Assembly (NCBI GenBank): GCA_977017645.1
Contig: OZ360232.1
Span: forward strand, 37,758,001-37,822,000
Length of the DNA stretch: 64,000 nt
Direction: 5' to 3'
From: Torpedo marmorata
Lineage: Eukaryota
A program made the position numbers and the translations under genes. Under the pieces are notes generated by a model. That model was not told the DNA's origin, made no database searches, and saw nothing but the letters and a program-made list of their open reading frames with translations. Position 1 is the stretch's first letter; every line of letters begins with the position of its first letter. Below, piece by piece: positions 1 through 9,314 of this stretch.

Positions 1-265
1 GTTGTAAAGAAAAGGGATTTAGGGGTACAGGGAGATAGTACCTGTAAATTCGTGTCACGGGTAGATAGGGTAGTCTAAACGGCTTTCAACGCATTGGACT
101 TCATCAGTCAGAGTATTGAGTATAGATGTTGAGAGATCATGTTGCAATTGGATAAGACGTTGGTGAGGCCCCATTTGGAATATTGTGTTCACGGTTCCGC
201 AGAAAAGGTGTCAAGATGGAGAAGGTGCAGAGAGGATTTAGGAGGATATTGCTAGGACTCGGGGC
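1..265 (+). mobile_element. CR1-type LINE fragment (C-terminal ORF2 region), degraded
   Basis: Motifs gagtattgagtataga, aagacgttggtgaggccccatttggaatattgtg match the CR1 copies at 20850-21000 and 52300-52450. Confidence 0.75.
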
Positions 266-279
266 AGGAGGTCAATGTT

Positions 280-480
280 GTTGCTCATTACTCCACTGAA
301 CCATGTTGGATCCTGACATCTGGTACTGCTTTTGATGACTTTGTGCATTCTCCCCGTGAGGGTTTTCTCTAGATACTCAAACTTGAACTAGTAAGTTGAT
401 TGTCCACTGTAGGTTACTCATACATGTAGAAGAATGACAGTCAGAACGTTTATATGTTAACTGATGGGCATGTTTAGGAG
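280..480 (+). mobile_element. old V-SINE-like fragment
   Basis: ttgtgcattctccccgtg...ggttttctc resembles the V-domain core of the SINEs at 62436-62675; highly degenerate. Confidence 0.4.
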
Positions 481-1346
481 ACAATAAATTGAAGGGCCAT
501 GAGAAAGTATGACCGCCGAGAAGGAAGGGTAACTAATGGATTACGCCCGCCCCAATCCCCAACTCCACCACTGAAGCCAAAGCTGGCACAGGCCAAATAT
601 TATAAATATCTGGAACTGCCAAGCAAAATCAATAAATCCACGGACAATAAGGCGATGGGAATAGGTACAACATTGCTAGTTGAAGCAATATCCACAAAAT
701 GAAATTTAATCACCTAACATGAACATGGCAGCCTATACAACGAGCAATATACAGTACACAATCTATATTCTTTACTGTTTCTACACTAGTGATACATGAT
801 TACTGCGAGTCCAAGTTACAACCGCGGCCCATCTAAAATATGCCACAAATTAGGATGCGCCTGGAACCTTGTGAATGTAATTTTGTCATTAACTTCTTCA
901 AAGTTTCCTCCGGATAAATCATTGAACAGAAATCTTCATTTGTATTTCCTACATACACTGGGGATGTGACATGCCTATAGATCGTATGTCCCGAATGCTA
1001 TTTACTTCCCATCACTTGATATTTATGTCGTTTCCCTTCTGCTCTCTGGACCAACGTCCACATGCTTTATTTACTGCATACATCACTGATACAACCTTCA
1101 TTGGACATTAATAAAAAGATAAACGATGCTCCAGGATGTTTGTGTGGCTGGCTGCTGACAGTGAACGAAGTACTTTGGTCCCATGTTGCACGGAAGGAGC
1201 AACGAGGGCTATGTACATAATTTCACCCACAATTGTCCTCTAAAATTGGTATCAATTCCATATCGTACAAAATAGGTTGAACGGCTATTTCATCAAAGGC
1301 GACGAATTATGATTGCACACTATTAAATGTTCATGAGGGCAGTCCG

Positions 1347-1443
1347 GCTTTAAGAAATGTTGATGCAATTTTGGAAAGGGACTGGTTGTGTCGCTGTGCA
1401 CCAATAAGAATCTCAAACGCAGATATGGATCCATTACCCCTCC
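1347..1443 (+). promoter_or_regulatory. Pcdh variable-exon promoter 1 with conserved sequence element (CGCT box 1392-1395, CCAAT 1401-1405)
   Basis: gctttaagaaatgttgatg...gttgtgtCGCTgtgcaCCAATaagaat...atggatccatt recurs about 240-260 bp upstream of every Pcdh start in the window; a CGCT CSE is established for clustered Pcdh promoters. Confidence 0.85.
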
Positions 1444-1629
1444 CACAACCTAACAAGAAAGATCAGAATCGGCGAGAAAACGAGCAGACGGCGTTTAAGC
1501 TGTAGATGCGAGTGGAGAAGAATGAACACTTTATAAAATATTTTATTGCTGCAACAATTTGGTGGTAAGACTTGTTCTCCGGTTATTAGAGCAGAATTCT
1601 GTGTTTGGGAAATAATGCAGTGCGGAGTA

Positions 1630-4014
1630 ATGGCGAATTCGGCGCCATACAAAGCCATTGCGTTCTGTAGGGTTGCTTTTATGATTCTGGGATGTATAAT
1701 GGCGTTGACTGCAGAACAAATTCGATATTCTATTCCAGAGGAAGTGGAGATAGGGACTTTTGTTGGAAATATCGCTGAAGATTTGAGATTAAATGTACCG
1801 CAATTGTCCGCTCGTAAATTACGACTAGGCTCTGAAGATGGCGGTCAGTATATGAAGGTTAATTTGGATAATGGGATTTTGTATCTTCGTGAAAGAATCG
1901 ACCGGGAACTTCTTTGCGGACAGGCAACTGTGTGTCTCATTCCTTTTGAAATAATACTGGAAAATCCTTTGACAGTACATCGCGGGGAAGTCCAGATTCT
2001 TGATATCAATGACAATACCCCCACTTTTCGGGACAGTTCCATCACCTTACAAATGTCGGAAGCCGCTACACCAGGTGTGCACTTCCCCCTCGAGAGCGCG
2101 GAAGATCCGGATATTGGAACAAACACAGTCGCTGCTTACACAATCAGTCCCAATGAATACTTCAGTCTGAAAGCTCAGAGAACTGAGTACGGTGTTGTGA
2201 ATGCTGAGTTGCAGTTGGAGAAACAATTGGACAGAGAACTGCAGTCAGAATTCCAGTTGGTCCTAACGGCGGCTGATGGCGGAACTCCTCAGAGATCGGG
2301 CACAATTCAGATTCTCATTATGGTAGTGGACTTCAACGATAACCCACCCGTATTTGATCATGAAACCTACAAGGGCAGCATAAGGGAAAACGCACCTCGA
2401 GGTACATTGGTGTTGAAAATCAAGGCAAACGATTTGGACGAAGGTTTGAATGCTGAACTAACATATTCTTTCAGCAAACTAGCTTCACCAAGAGTTCTTG
2501 ATTTATTCAGTTTGGACCCCCACACTGGGGAGATTCGCGTGGAAGGAGAATTAGATTTTGAAGAAGCAAACGGTTATTCTCTGAATGTTCAAGCTTTGGA
2601 CCACGGGTCACCAGCAAGAGCAGGACGTTCCACAGTGTGGATCAAGGTAATTGATGTCAACGACAATGCACCCGAGATAAAATTAACACCAACTACGAGC
2701 AAAATTCCAGAAAACGCTCGACCGGGAACGTTGATAACTTTGATCAATGTCGTTGATCGCGATTCTGGTGAAAACGGACAATTCCATTGTGACATCCCAA
2801 AGAATATTCCCTTTAGACTTCGAACATCCTCTAAAAATCATTTCGAAGTGATTACAAGTGAACCGTTGGACCGTGAAGCTGTTCCTGAGTATAAAATATC
2901 TTTCGTAGCCTGGGACTTCGGGTCGCCTTCACTGTCAAGAAATAAAACCATACAGATTGTAATTTCAGACGTGAACGATAACGCACCCAGGTTTGGTGCA
3001 TCATCTTACAACTCATATGTGATGGAAAATAACGCCCCAGGTGCTTCTATTTTGGCACTAACTGCGAGGGATCGTGACATGGACCAGAATTCCTATGTTT
3101 CCTACTCCTTCCTGGAGCACGTTTTCCAAGACTTCCCAGTGTCCAGTTACTTCAGTATTAACGCAATGAAGGGCACCATTTTCGCGCTGCGCTCGTTTGA
3201 CTACGAGAAACGGAAAAACTTCCAGATTCATGTACAAGCCCGTGACGCTGGAGTGCCCCCGCTGAGCAGCAGCGCTACAGTGAACGTGATCGTCCTGGAC
3301 CAAAATGACAACGCGCCGGTAATTGTTTCACCTTCACAACAGAGTGAAGAGGAGATCGTGCCCAAGTTAGCCGTTCAAGGGTACTTGGTCACCAAGATAA
3401 TCGCGACTGATGCAGATTCTGGTCAGAACGCACGGATATCTTTTCAGATGGTAAAATCTACCGATCCCAGTTTGTTCAACGTTGATCAAAAGTCCGGTGA
3501 AATCAGAACAATGCGCGATATTCTGGAGTCGGATACCACCACACACTCTCTCTCCATTTTGATTAAGGACAATGGACAGCCAAGTCTCTCCAGCACAGTT
3601 ACAATGCACATTACAGTATTAGGGAATATCACTGAAAGAATAACTGAACGTGGTAACTTATCGAGCAATTTCGAACAATTCAATGATTTAAATCTTCATT
3701 TAATAATAATTTTCGGTTGCACTTCCGTTCTGTTTCTTGTGATTATCATTCTGCTCATTGGCATCAAATGCAAGCAGAATATAAATATCTCTCAAGAGTA
3801 TAATTCTCCCAGCTGTTGTTACAATCTTGGAGATTCACACGATGTGTTTAATCGGAACGCTGCAATGGAGGAAACATTACGCTATTCTGGGACAGGCGTG
3901 GTGCGCGTGCCAGAAGCGCATCATTACTCGGCCTGTCTGTCTCCAGAATCAGCGAAGAGTGATTTTCTCTTTTTGAAGCCATGCAGTGCTCCCACATCTC
4001 ATGCCAAATTCTAA
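1630..4014 (+). CDS. clustered protocadherin, gene 1 (signal peptide, EC1-EC6, TM, short cytoplasmic tail)
   Basis: Cadherin motifs DRE, DxNDNxPxF, AxDxD, LDFE; EC1 Cys-X5-Cys (CGQATVC); TM LIIIFGCTSVLFLVIIILLIGI; start set at MANS (1630) by alignment with paralog starts rather than the ORF-track TTG at 1546. Confidence 0.93.
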   Translation: MANSAPYKAIAFCRVAFMILGCIMALTAEQIRYSIPEEVEIGTFVGNIAEDLRLNVPQLSARKLRLGSEDGGQYMKVNLDNGILYLRERIDRELLCGQATVCLIPFEIILENPLTVHRGEVQILDINDNTPTFRDSSITLQMSEAATPGVHFPLESAEDPDIGTNTVAAYTISPNEYFSLKAQRTEYGVVNAELQLEKQLDRELQSEFQLVLTAADGGTPQRSGTIQILIMVVDFNDNPPVFDHETYKGSIRENAPRGTLVLKIKANDLDEGLNAELTYSFSKLASPRVLDLFSLDPHTGEIRVEGELDFEEANGYSLNVQALDHGSPARAGRSTVWIKVIDVNDNAPEIKLTPTTSKIPENARPGTLITLINVVDRDSGENGQFHCDIPKNIPFRLRTSSKNHFEVITSEPLDREAVPEYKISFVAWDFGSPSLSRNKTIQIVISDVNDNAPRFGASSYNSYVMENNAPGASILALTARDRDMDQNSYVSYSFLEHVFQDFPVSSYFSINAMKGTIFALRSFDYEKRKNFQIHVQARDAGVPPLSSSATVNVIVLDQNDNAPVIVSPSQQSEEEIVPKLAVQGYLVTKIIATDADSGQNARISFQMVKSTDPSLFNVDQKSGEIRTMRDILESDTTTHSLSILIKDNGQPSLSSTVTMHITVLGNITERITERGNLSSNFEQFNDLNLHLIIIFGCTSVLFLVIIILLIGIKCKQNINISQEYNSPSCCYNLGDSHDVFNRNAAMEETLRYSGTGVVRVPEAHHYSACLSPESAKSDFLFLKPCSAPTSHAKF

Positions 4015-4059
4015 ATTATAATGATCCGCTTTCATCACGACCGACCAATTGACGATTAA

Positions 4060-4194
4060 NNNNNNNNNNNNNNNNNNNNNNNNNNNNNNNNNNNNNNNNN
4101 NNNNNNNNNNNNNNNNNNNNNNNNNNNNNNNNNNNNNNNNNNNNNNNNNNNNNNNNNNNNNNNNNNNNNNNNNNNNNNNNNNNNNNNNNNNNNN
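4060..4194. other. assembly gap (N run) in 3' flank of gene 1
   Basis: Run of n. Confidence 0.99.
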
Positions 4195-4240
4195 TTATTG
4201 TTTTGTGGGATAGCGGGGATGAATTATTGTGCTCGTCAAA

Positions 4241-4246
4241 AATAAA
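4241..4246 (+). terminator. candidate polyadenylation signal AATAAA of gene 1
   Basis: AATAAA inside a block (aaaataaaa...aa(c/t)(t/c)gga(a)tcta) also present downstream of gene 2 (17955-17960). Confidence 0.4.
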
Positions 4247-4699
4247 ATCTCCGGTAACTGGAATCTATGCGCCTGCACTGGTATTTGTACACTTTCAAGG
4301 GAAGCCTACAACTAATCACCGCTATCCTCACAGATCGATTGTTGTGGATTACATATCGAAAGATAGCGCATGGTTCCAGTTATAATACCTCAACTTTACA
4401 TTCAGGAGCGTTATCCGAATTCACATAGAGTCACAACTTGGATTCTGTTTTGATATTCACCCATAATTGTTTCGGAAAAGCCTGAAATTGGCAGCATGAA
4501 TGCGAACAATTTAAACGGAACAAAGCATATGCAGTACATGCTACTTTACTGGTTCATTCTGATGCATGCTATCAGGAATACCTGGTGCAACTGTACACTA
4601 CACAGTGCATATAAAATATCAGACCCAGGGAGGCCTCTGAGTATAATAGATTTATATTTTGACGAAATTCTCCTTGAGCCTGGTTCTACCACTGCTTTC

Positions 4700-6300
4700 T
4701 TTTTAAAATATTTTTATTGAGTTTAACATATATCATACATACATAATCTGTAATAAACAGATAACAAATATTTTCGTATACATGTAAAATAACATATTGG
4801 AACTACATAGAACTATTTTCCATATAAACCGAAGTTAAATTCTGTTTGAATTAAAATAAACAGTAACAGACATAGTTAAACCCATTTCCTAATTACTCCA
4901 AAAAAGGATAAAAATAAAGTAAAAAAGAAAAAAAAGAAAAGAAAGTGCAACAAAAAAACCCCAAACCTAACCTAACTATAATCTAAACTCTTCCACTAAT
5001 CAAGTATGCCATTAAAAAAGGTACAAATATGGATGAAAAAACGACCTCCAGACACTAGACAGAGAATTCTCAGAGCATCCAAACTTCCTTAATCTTCCAA
5101 TCGAGATAATATTCCATAATGGGCCCCAGATCTTATTATATTGCAAGTTATTGTCTTTAATGTTGTATATAATTTTCTCTAAGTTTAAACAAGACATTAC
5201 ATCGTGTAACCACTGTGTATGAGTAGGCGAAGTATCTTCTTTCCATTTCAATAAAATTGTTCGTCTGGCTATCAACATGGTAAAAGCTAAAACTTTCTCC
5301 TGATTTGCAGATAGAAGTATATCCGGAGCTCGATAAAAACCAAACAAAGCAATTAATGGGCATGGTTGTAATTTGATCTTAAAAATCGTTGATAAAATTT
5401 GAAAAATATTTCTCCAGAATCTTCCCAAATTTGGACATTCCCAAAACATATGAATCAATTAAGCTTCAAAAAGTTTAAATTTCTCACATTGTGGGTCAAT
5501 ATTTGCATAGCAACGGAAGAATTTGAGTTTGGACATATGTATTCTATGTACCACTTTAAATTGTAATAAACAATGCCTTGCACAGAATGAGGAATCAGTG
5601 ATCAAACTAAGAGTAGAATGCCAATCTGCATCTGAAAAAGTTATATTCAAATCATGTTCCCAATCATTCATAATTCCAGTCATTGAAACTGATGTTAAAT
5701 TCAACAACTCGTTGTAAATACATGATATTAATCAACTATGAACAAACTGTAAATTAAACAATAAATCAACAATATTTGTTTCGGCAATTCGAGGAAAATC
5801 CGAAAGCTTAGACTGAACAAAATGCCTAACTTGTAAATATTTAAAAAAATGTCTATTAGAAAGATTAAATTTAGTTGATAATTGTCAAAAATAAGCAAAG
5901 ATATCTCGAACAAAAATATCTTTATTATTTTTTATTCCTAATCTGTACCATTCCTTGAACCCTAAATCTAACACTGATGGCTGAAAAAGATTGTTATCTA
6001 TAATGGGGCTAGCAAGAGAGAAACTATTATAACCAAAAAACGTTCTAAATTGAGCCCATATTCTCAAGCTATTTCTCATTATCGGATTAGTTATCAATTT
6101 GGAAAAGGAAACGGCAAAAAGGAACATAAAATTGCCAACATAGATGATTTTTTGGAAAACATTAGTTCCATTTCTACCCAAGAAGGCCAAAATATAATAA
6201 TAAAAGTAAATTGCGTATATTCGTCGCCCAATAATAGAATCTAAAATTTGGAAGTGATAATCCCCCATCCTTTTTAGCCTTTTGCAGATGGGCTTTATTT
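4700..6300 (-). mobile_element. L1-clade LINE 3' fragment, frameshifted
   Basis: Minus-strand ORFs with C-terminal L1 ORF2 motifs (CEK...HMFWECP, ARRTILLKWK, LEKIIY); A-rich tail near 4700. Confidence 0.85.
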
Positions 6301-6304
6301 ACAC

Positions 6305-7258
6305 GTAAAAAACACAAAAGCTGGAGAACTCAGCAGGTCAAACAGTGTCTTTTATGTAGCAAAGGTAGAAATACATAACCGACGTTTCAGGCTTGAGCCC
6401 TTCATCAAAGCATGAGAAAATGCCGGCAGGCGTCCGAACAAATGAGTGAGGGGGGAAGGGGGGTGGGAAAGGCAGGAGATGATAGGTGGAGAAAGGAGGG
6501 AGGGGACAGCAGCAAAGAGGGGGAGGAGGGATGGCTGGTTGGGTGGAAAAAAACAGGAAGGACAGGTGAAGGGGAGGGGAAGGGAACAACAAGCAGGTTT
6601 AGTGGAAAGCAGAAAAGTCAATGTTAATTCCATCTGGCTGGAGAGTGCCGAGACGGAATATGAGATGTTGTTCCTCCAATTTGCGGGTAGTCTGGGTGGG
6701 ATAGTACATGAGGCCATGGACAGACATGTGAGTGTGGGAGTGTGACCCGGAATTGAAATGGTTGGCAACTGGGAGGTCGCTGTTGTTGCGGACGGAGAGG
6801 AGGTGCTCAGCAAAGCGGTCTCCCAATCTACGACCGGTCTCTCCAATGTATAGGAAGCCACAAAGGGAGCACCGGATGCAGTAAATAAGTCCTCTGGATG
6901 TACAAGTGAAGTGTAGTTTCACTTGGAAGGCCTGTTTGGGGCCCTGGACCGTGGTGAGGGGGGAGGTGTGGGCGCAGGTGTTGCACCTCCTGCGGGCACA
7001 GGGGAAGGTTCCGGGGGGTGCGATGGGTGGGGAGGGATGAGTGCACGAGTGAATCGCGGAGGGAGCGGTCCCTACGGAAGGCCGAGAGGGGAGGAGAAGG
7101 AAAAATGTGTCTGGTGGTGGGATCCTGCAGCACGTGCCGGAAATTCCGGCGGATAATGTGTTGGATGCGGAGGCTGGTGGGGTGGTAGGTGAGGATGAGG
7201 GGTATTCTATGTTTGTTGCGTCTGGGGGCAGAGGGGGCCAGGGCAGATGAGCGGATTT
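6305..7258 (-). mobile_element. Penelope-like element 3' part (GIY-YIG endonuclease plus pLTR)
   Basis: ORF 6599-6922 GLIYCIRCSLCGFLYIGETGRRLGDRFAEH; ORF 6828-7262 RIPLILTYHP; near-identical copy at 40671-41533. Confidence 0.9.
6374..6414 (-). ncRNA. minimal hammerhead-ribozyme-like motif in Penelope pLTR
   Basis: Minus strand TTGATGA-A-GGGC-TCAA-GCCT-GAAA-CGTC; Penelope-like pLTRs are known to carry minimal hammerheads; first core base is U not C. Confidence 0.55.
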
Positions 7259-7339
7259 TCATTTTAGCTATGGCGACAGCAGGGGCCTATTGGGAAAGCT
7301 TTGACGTCTTCATTAGGTAACCAATCAACAGGGAGGAAC

Positions 7340-7490
7340 AGTCGTGCGTAGTTAGTCTATTGCCTCACAGGTCCAGGTGTCCTACTTTGATCATGTCCTC
7401 TGGTGCTCTTTGTGCGGAGTTGGCACTTTCTCAATGTGAAGGCTCTCCCTTCATGCTCCTGTCCCTTTGTCGTTCCCTCGTATGTGTAGA
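7340..7490 (+). mobile_element. old V-SINE-like fragment
   Basis: tgcctcacag...ctctggtgctctttgtgcggagttggcactttctc resembles the V-SINE core. Confidence 0.5.
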
Positions 7491-7611
7491 CTAATTAATT
7501 ACTGACACTTTGCCCTAAATGTAGGTTAAGCGCAAAGATGGGACCCAAATAGGGGGCTAATGGATCTGTGTGAAAGAAAGCAGCCCTTACCCAAATGTAA
7601 GTGCAGGGGAA

Positions 7612-8590
7612 GAACATGGAACAAAGAAGATTACAGCAGAGTACAGGCTCTTCGGCCACGATGTTGTGCCGACCTATATAAGCCTACTCAACAAACTAAG
7701 CTTTGTCTCCCTCACACCCATAACTCTCCATTGTTCTTGCAACCATGTGCCTGTCTAAGAGTCTTTCAAATGCCCCTGATGTACCAGCCTCGACCAGCAG
7801 CCCTGGCAATGCATTCCAGGCACCAACTCTCTATGTAAAAAACATACCCCTGACGTCTCCCCTACACTTTCCTTCCCACCTTGTACAGATGTCCTCTGGT
7901 ATTTCTACTCTCTCCCTGGGAAAAGGAGCTTCTGGGTGTCCACCCTATCTATGCCTCTCATAATCTTGTAAACCTCTATTAAGTCACCTCTCACCCTTCC
8001 TCGCTCCAAAAAGAAAAAACCGTCAGACACGTTCTCCAATTCAGGCAACATTCTGGACCCTCTCCTTTGTTTCCACATCCTTACTGTAATAAGGTGAACA
8101 GAACTGAACAAAATATTCAAAGTGTGGTCGAACCAGAGCTTTATGGAGCTTCAACATTACATCACGACTCTCGTACCCAATCCCCCGACTAATGAAGGCC
8201 AGGATTCCATAAGCCTTCTTAACTACCCTATGAACCTACGTGGCAACCTTGAGAGGTCTATGGATTTGGACCCCACGTTCCCTCTGTTATTCCACATTGG
8301 GGGGACTCTCTTTTGTTTCTCTGACTGTAAGGAATGTTAGAGGCGCTTAGGCAATTTATGCCGGTGGCGAATCTGTCTGCCTTGCAGCAGGCAAAAAGAA
8401 ATTTCATGGAATATGACACTGTTTTATTACTATGACAATAAATTGAATCTTGAAATAAAAATCTTGAAATCTTGAAATTGTTAAGGATCCTGCCATTAAC
8501 CATGTACTCTGCCTTCAATTTTGTACCTTCCAAAATGTATCATTTCACACTTGTCCGGATAGAACTCCATCTGCCACATTTTCGCCCAAC
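7612..8590 (-). mobile_element. CR1 LINE 3' fragment, interrupted at ~8292-8478
   Basis: Minus ORF RVRGDLIEVYKIMRGIDRVD; CR1 3' UTR near 7612-7680. Confidence 0.85.
8292..8478 (+). mobile_element. short LINE 3'-end insertion with (ATCTTGAA)n tail
   Basis: Ends tatgacaataaattgaatcttgaa...atcttgaaatcttgaaa, like Rex1-type tails; host CR1 resumes after it. Confidence 0.5.
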
Positions 8591-8591
8591 T

Positions 8592-8810
8592 TGGACGGAG
8601 ATGAGGAGGAACTGCTTGGTGAATCTGTGGAATTCGCTGCCCATTTAAGCAGTGGAGGCTTCTTCAGTAAATATATTTAAGACAAGTGTGGATAGATTTT
8701 TACATAGTCAGGGAATGAAGGGATATGGGGAAAAGCCGGTAGGTGGAGATGAGTCTGTCATCAGATCAGCTAGTTGGCCTACTCCTGCTCCTATTTCTTA
8801 TGTCCTTATG
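8592..8810 (+). mobile_element. CR1 LINE 3' end, second family
   Basis: gtgaatctgtggaattcgctgcc...cctactcctgctcctatttcttatgtccttatg. Confidence 0.7.
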
Positions 8811-9079
8811 TAAGTGACCATATTGCCTTTAGCTTAAAGATAGTCCAAGAAAAGAATGATGATAATCATGATAAAGAGATTTTAAAAATAATATACATTG
8901 TACATTGTACATATCGATATAAATGTTCACTTGTTGCAAACGAAGATGTACTTCATTAAAAACTGCAGGGGTTTACGTTCAATTACATTGGAAAGAAATA
9001 ACAAATAAAAAAAGTTACCGTAGTGCAAGGAAGCATGTGGCGTTGCAACAGTCCAGACTGTCTTTTTTTGTGGTATCGA

Positions 9080-9310
9080 AGCAGACAGTGATGAGTTTAA
9101 CAAGGGCCTGATAGCCGTTGGAAATAAACTGTTCTGAAACTCAGAGGTGTTAATCGTCAGGTGTCTGTACCTTCTACCCGAAGGTTGCAGTGAGAAGAGG
9201 TTGTTACTACAGTGATGGTGTTCTTTATGATGTTGCCTGATTTTTTGAGGCAACGCCTTACGTAGGTATCTTCAATGGATAGGACGTCACTGCCTGTGAT
9301 TACACTGGTC
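9080..9310 (-). mobile_element. Rex1/Babar-like LINE 3' fragment
   Basis: Minus ORF LQPSGRRYR...FQNSLFPTAIR matches the C-terminus of the ORF at 29018-29971. Confidence 0.7.
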
Positions 9311-9314
9311 CTCA

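Noticed and set aside
1546-1629. 28-aa N-terminal extension of gene 1 in the ORF track
   Set aside because: Begins at TTG; paralogs start at the aligned ATG-GCG. An in-frame ATG at 1615 is not conserved in the paralogs
1845-3683. Antisense ORFs recurring inside each Pcdh exon (also 15479, 31868, 33192, 54846, 56182)
   Set aside because: Shadows of the conserved sense-strand codons; no independent coding signal
6599-6922. GIY-YIG nuclease near RT ORFs as a possible novel defence or editing system
   Set aside because: It is the standard Penelope endonuclease; the RT ORFs belong to separate CR1, Rex1 and L1 insertions
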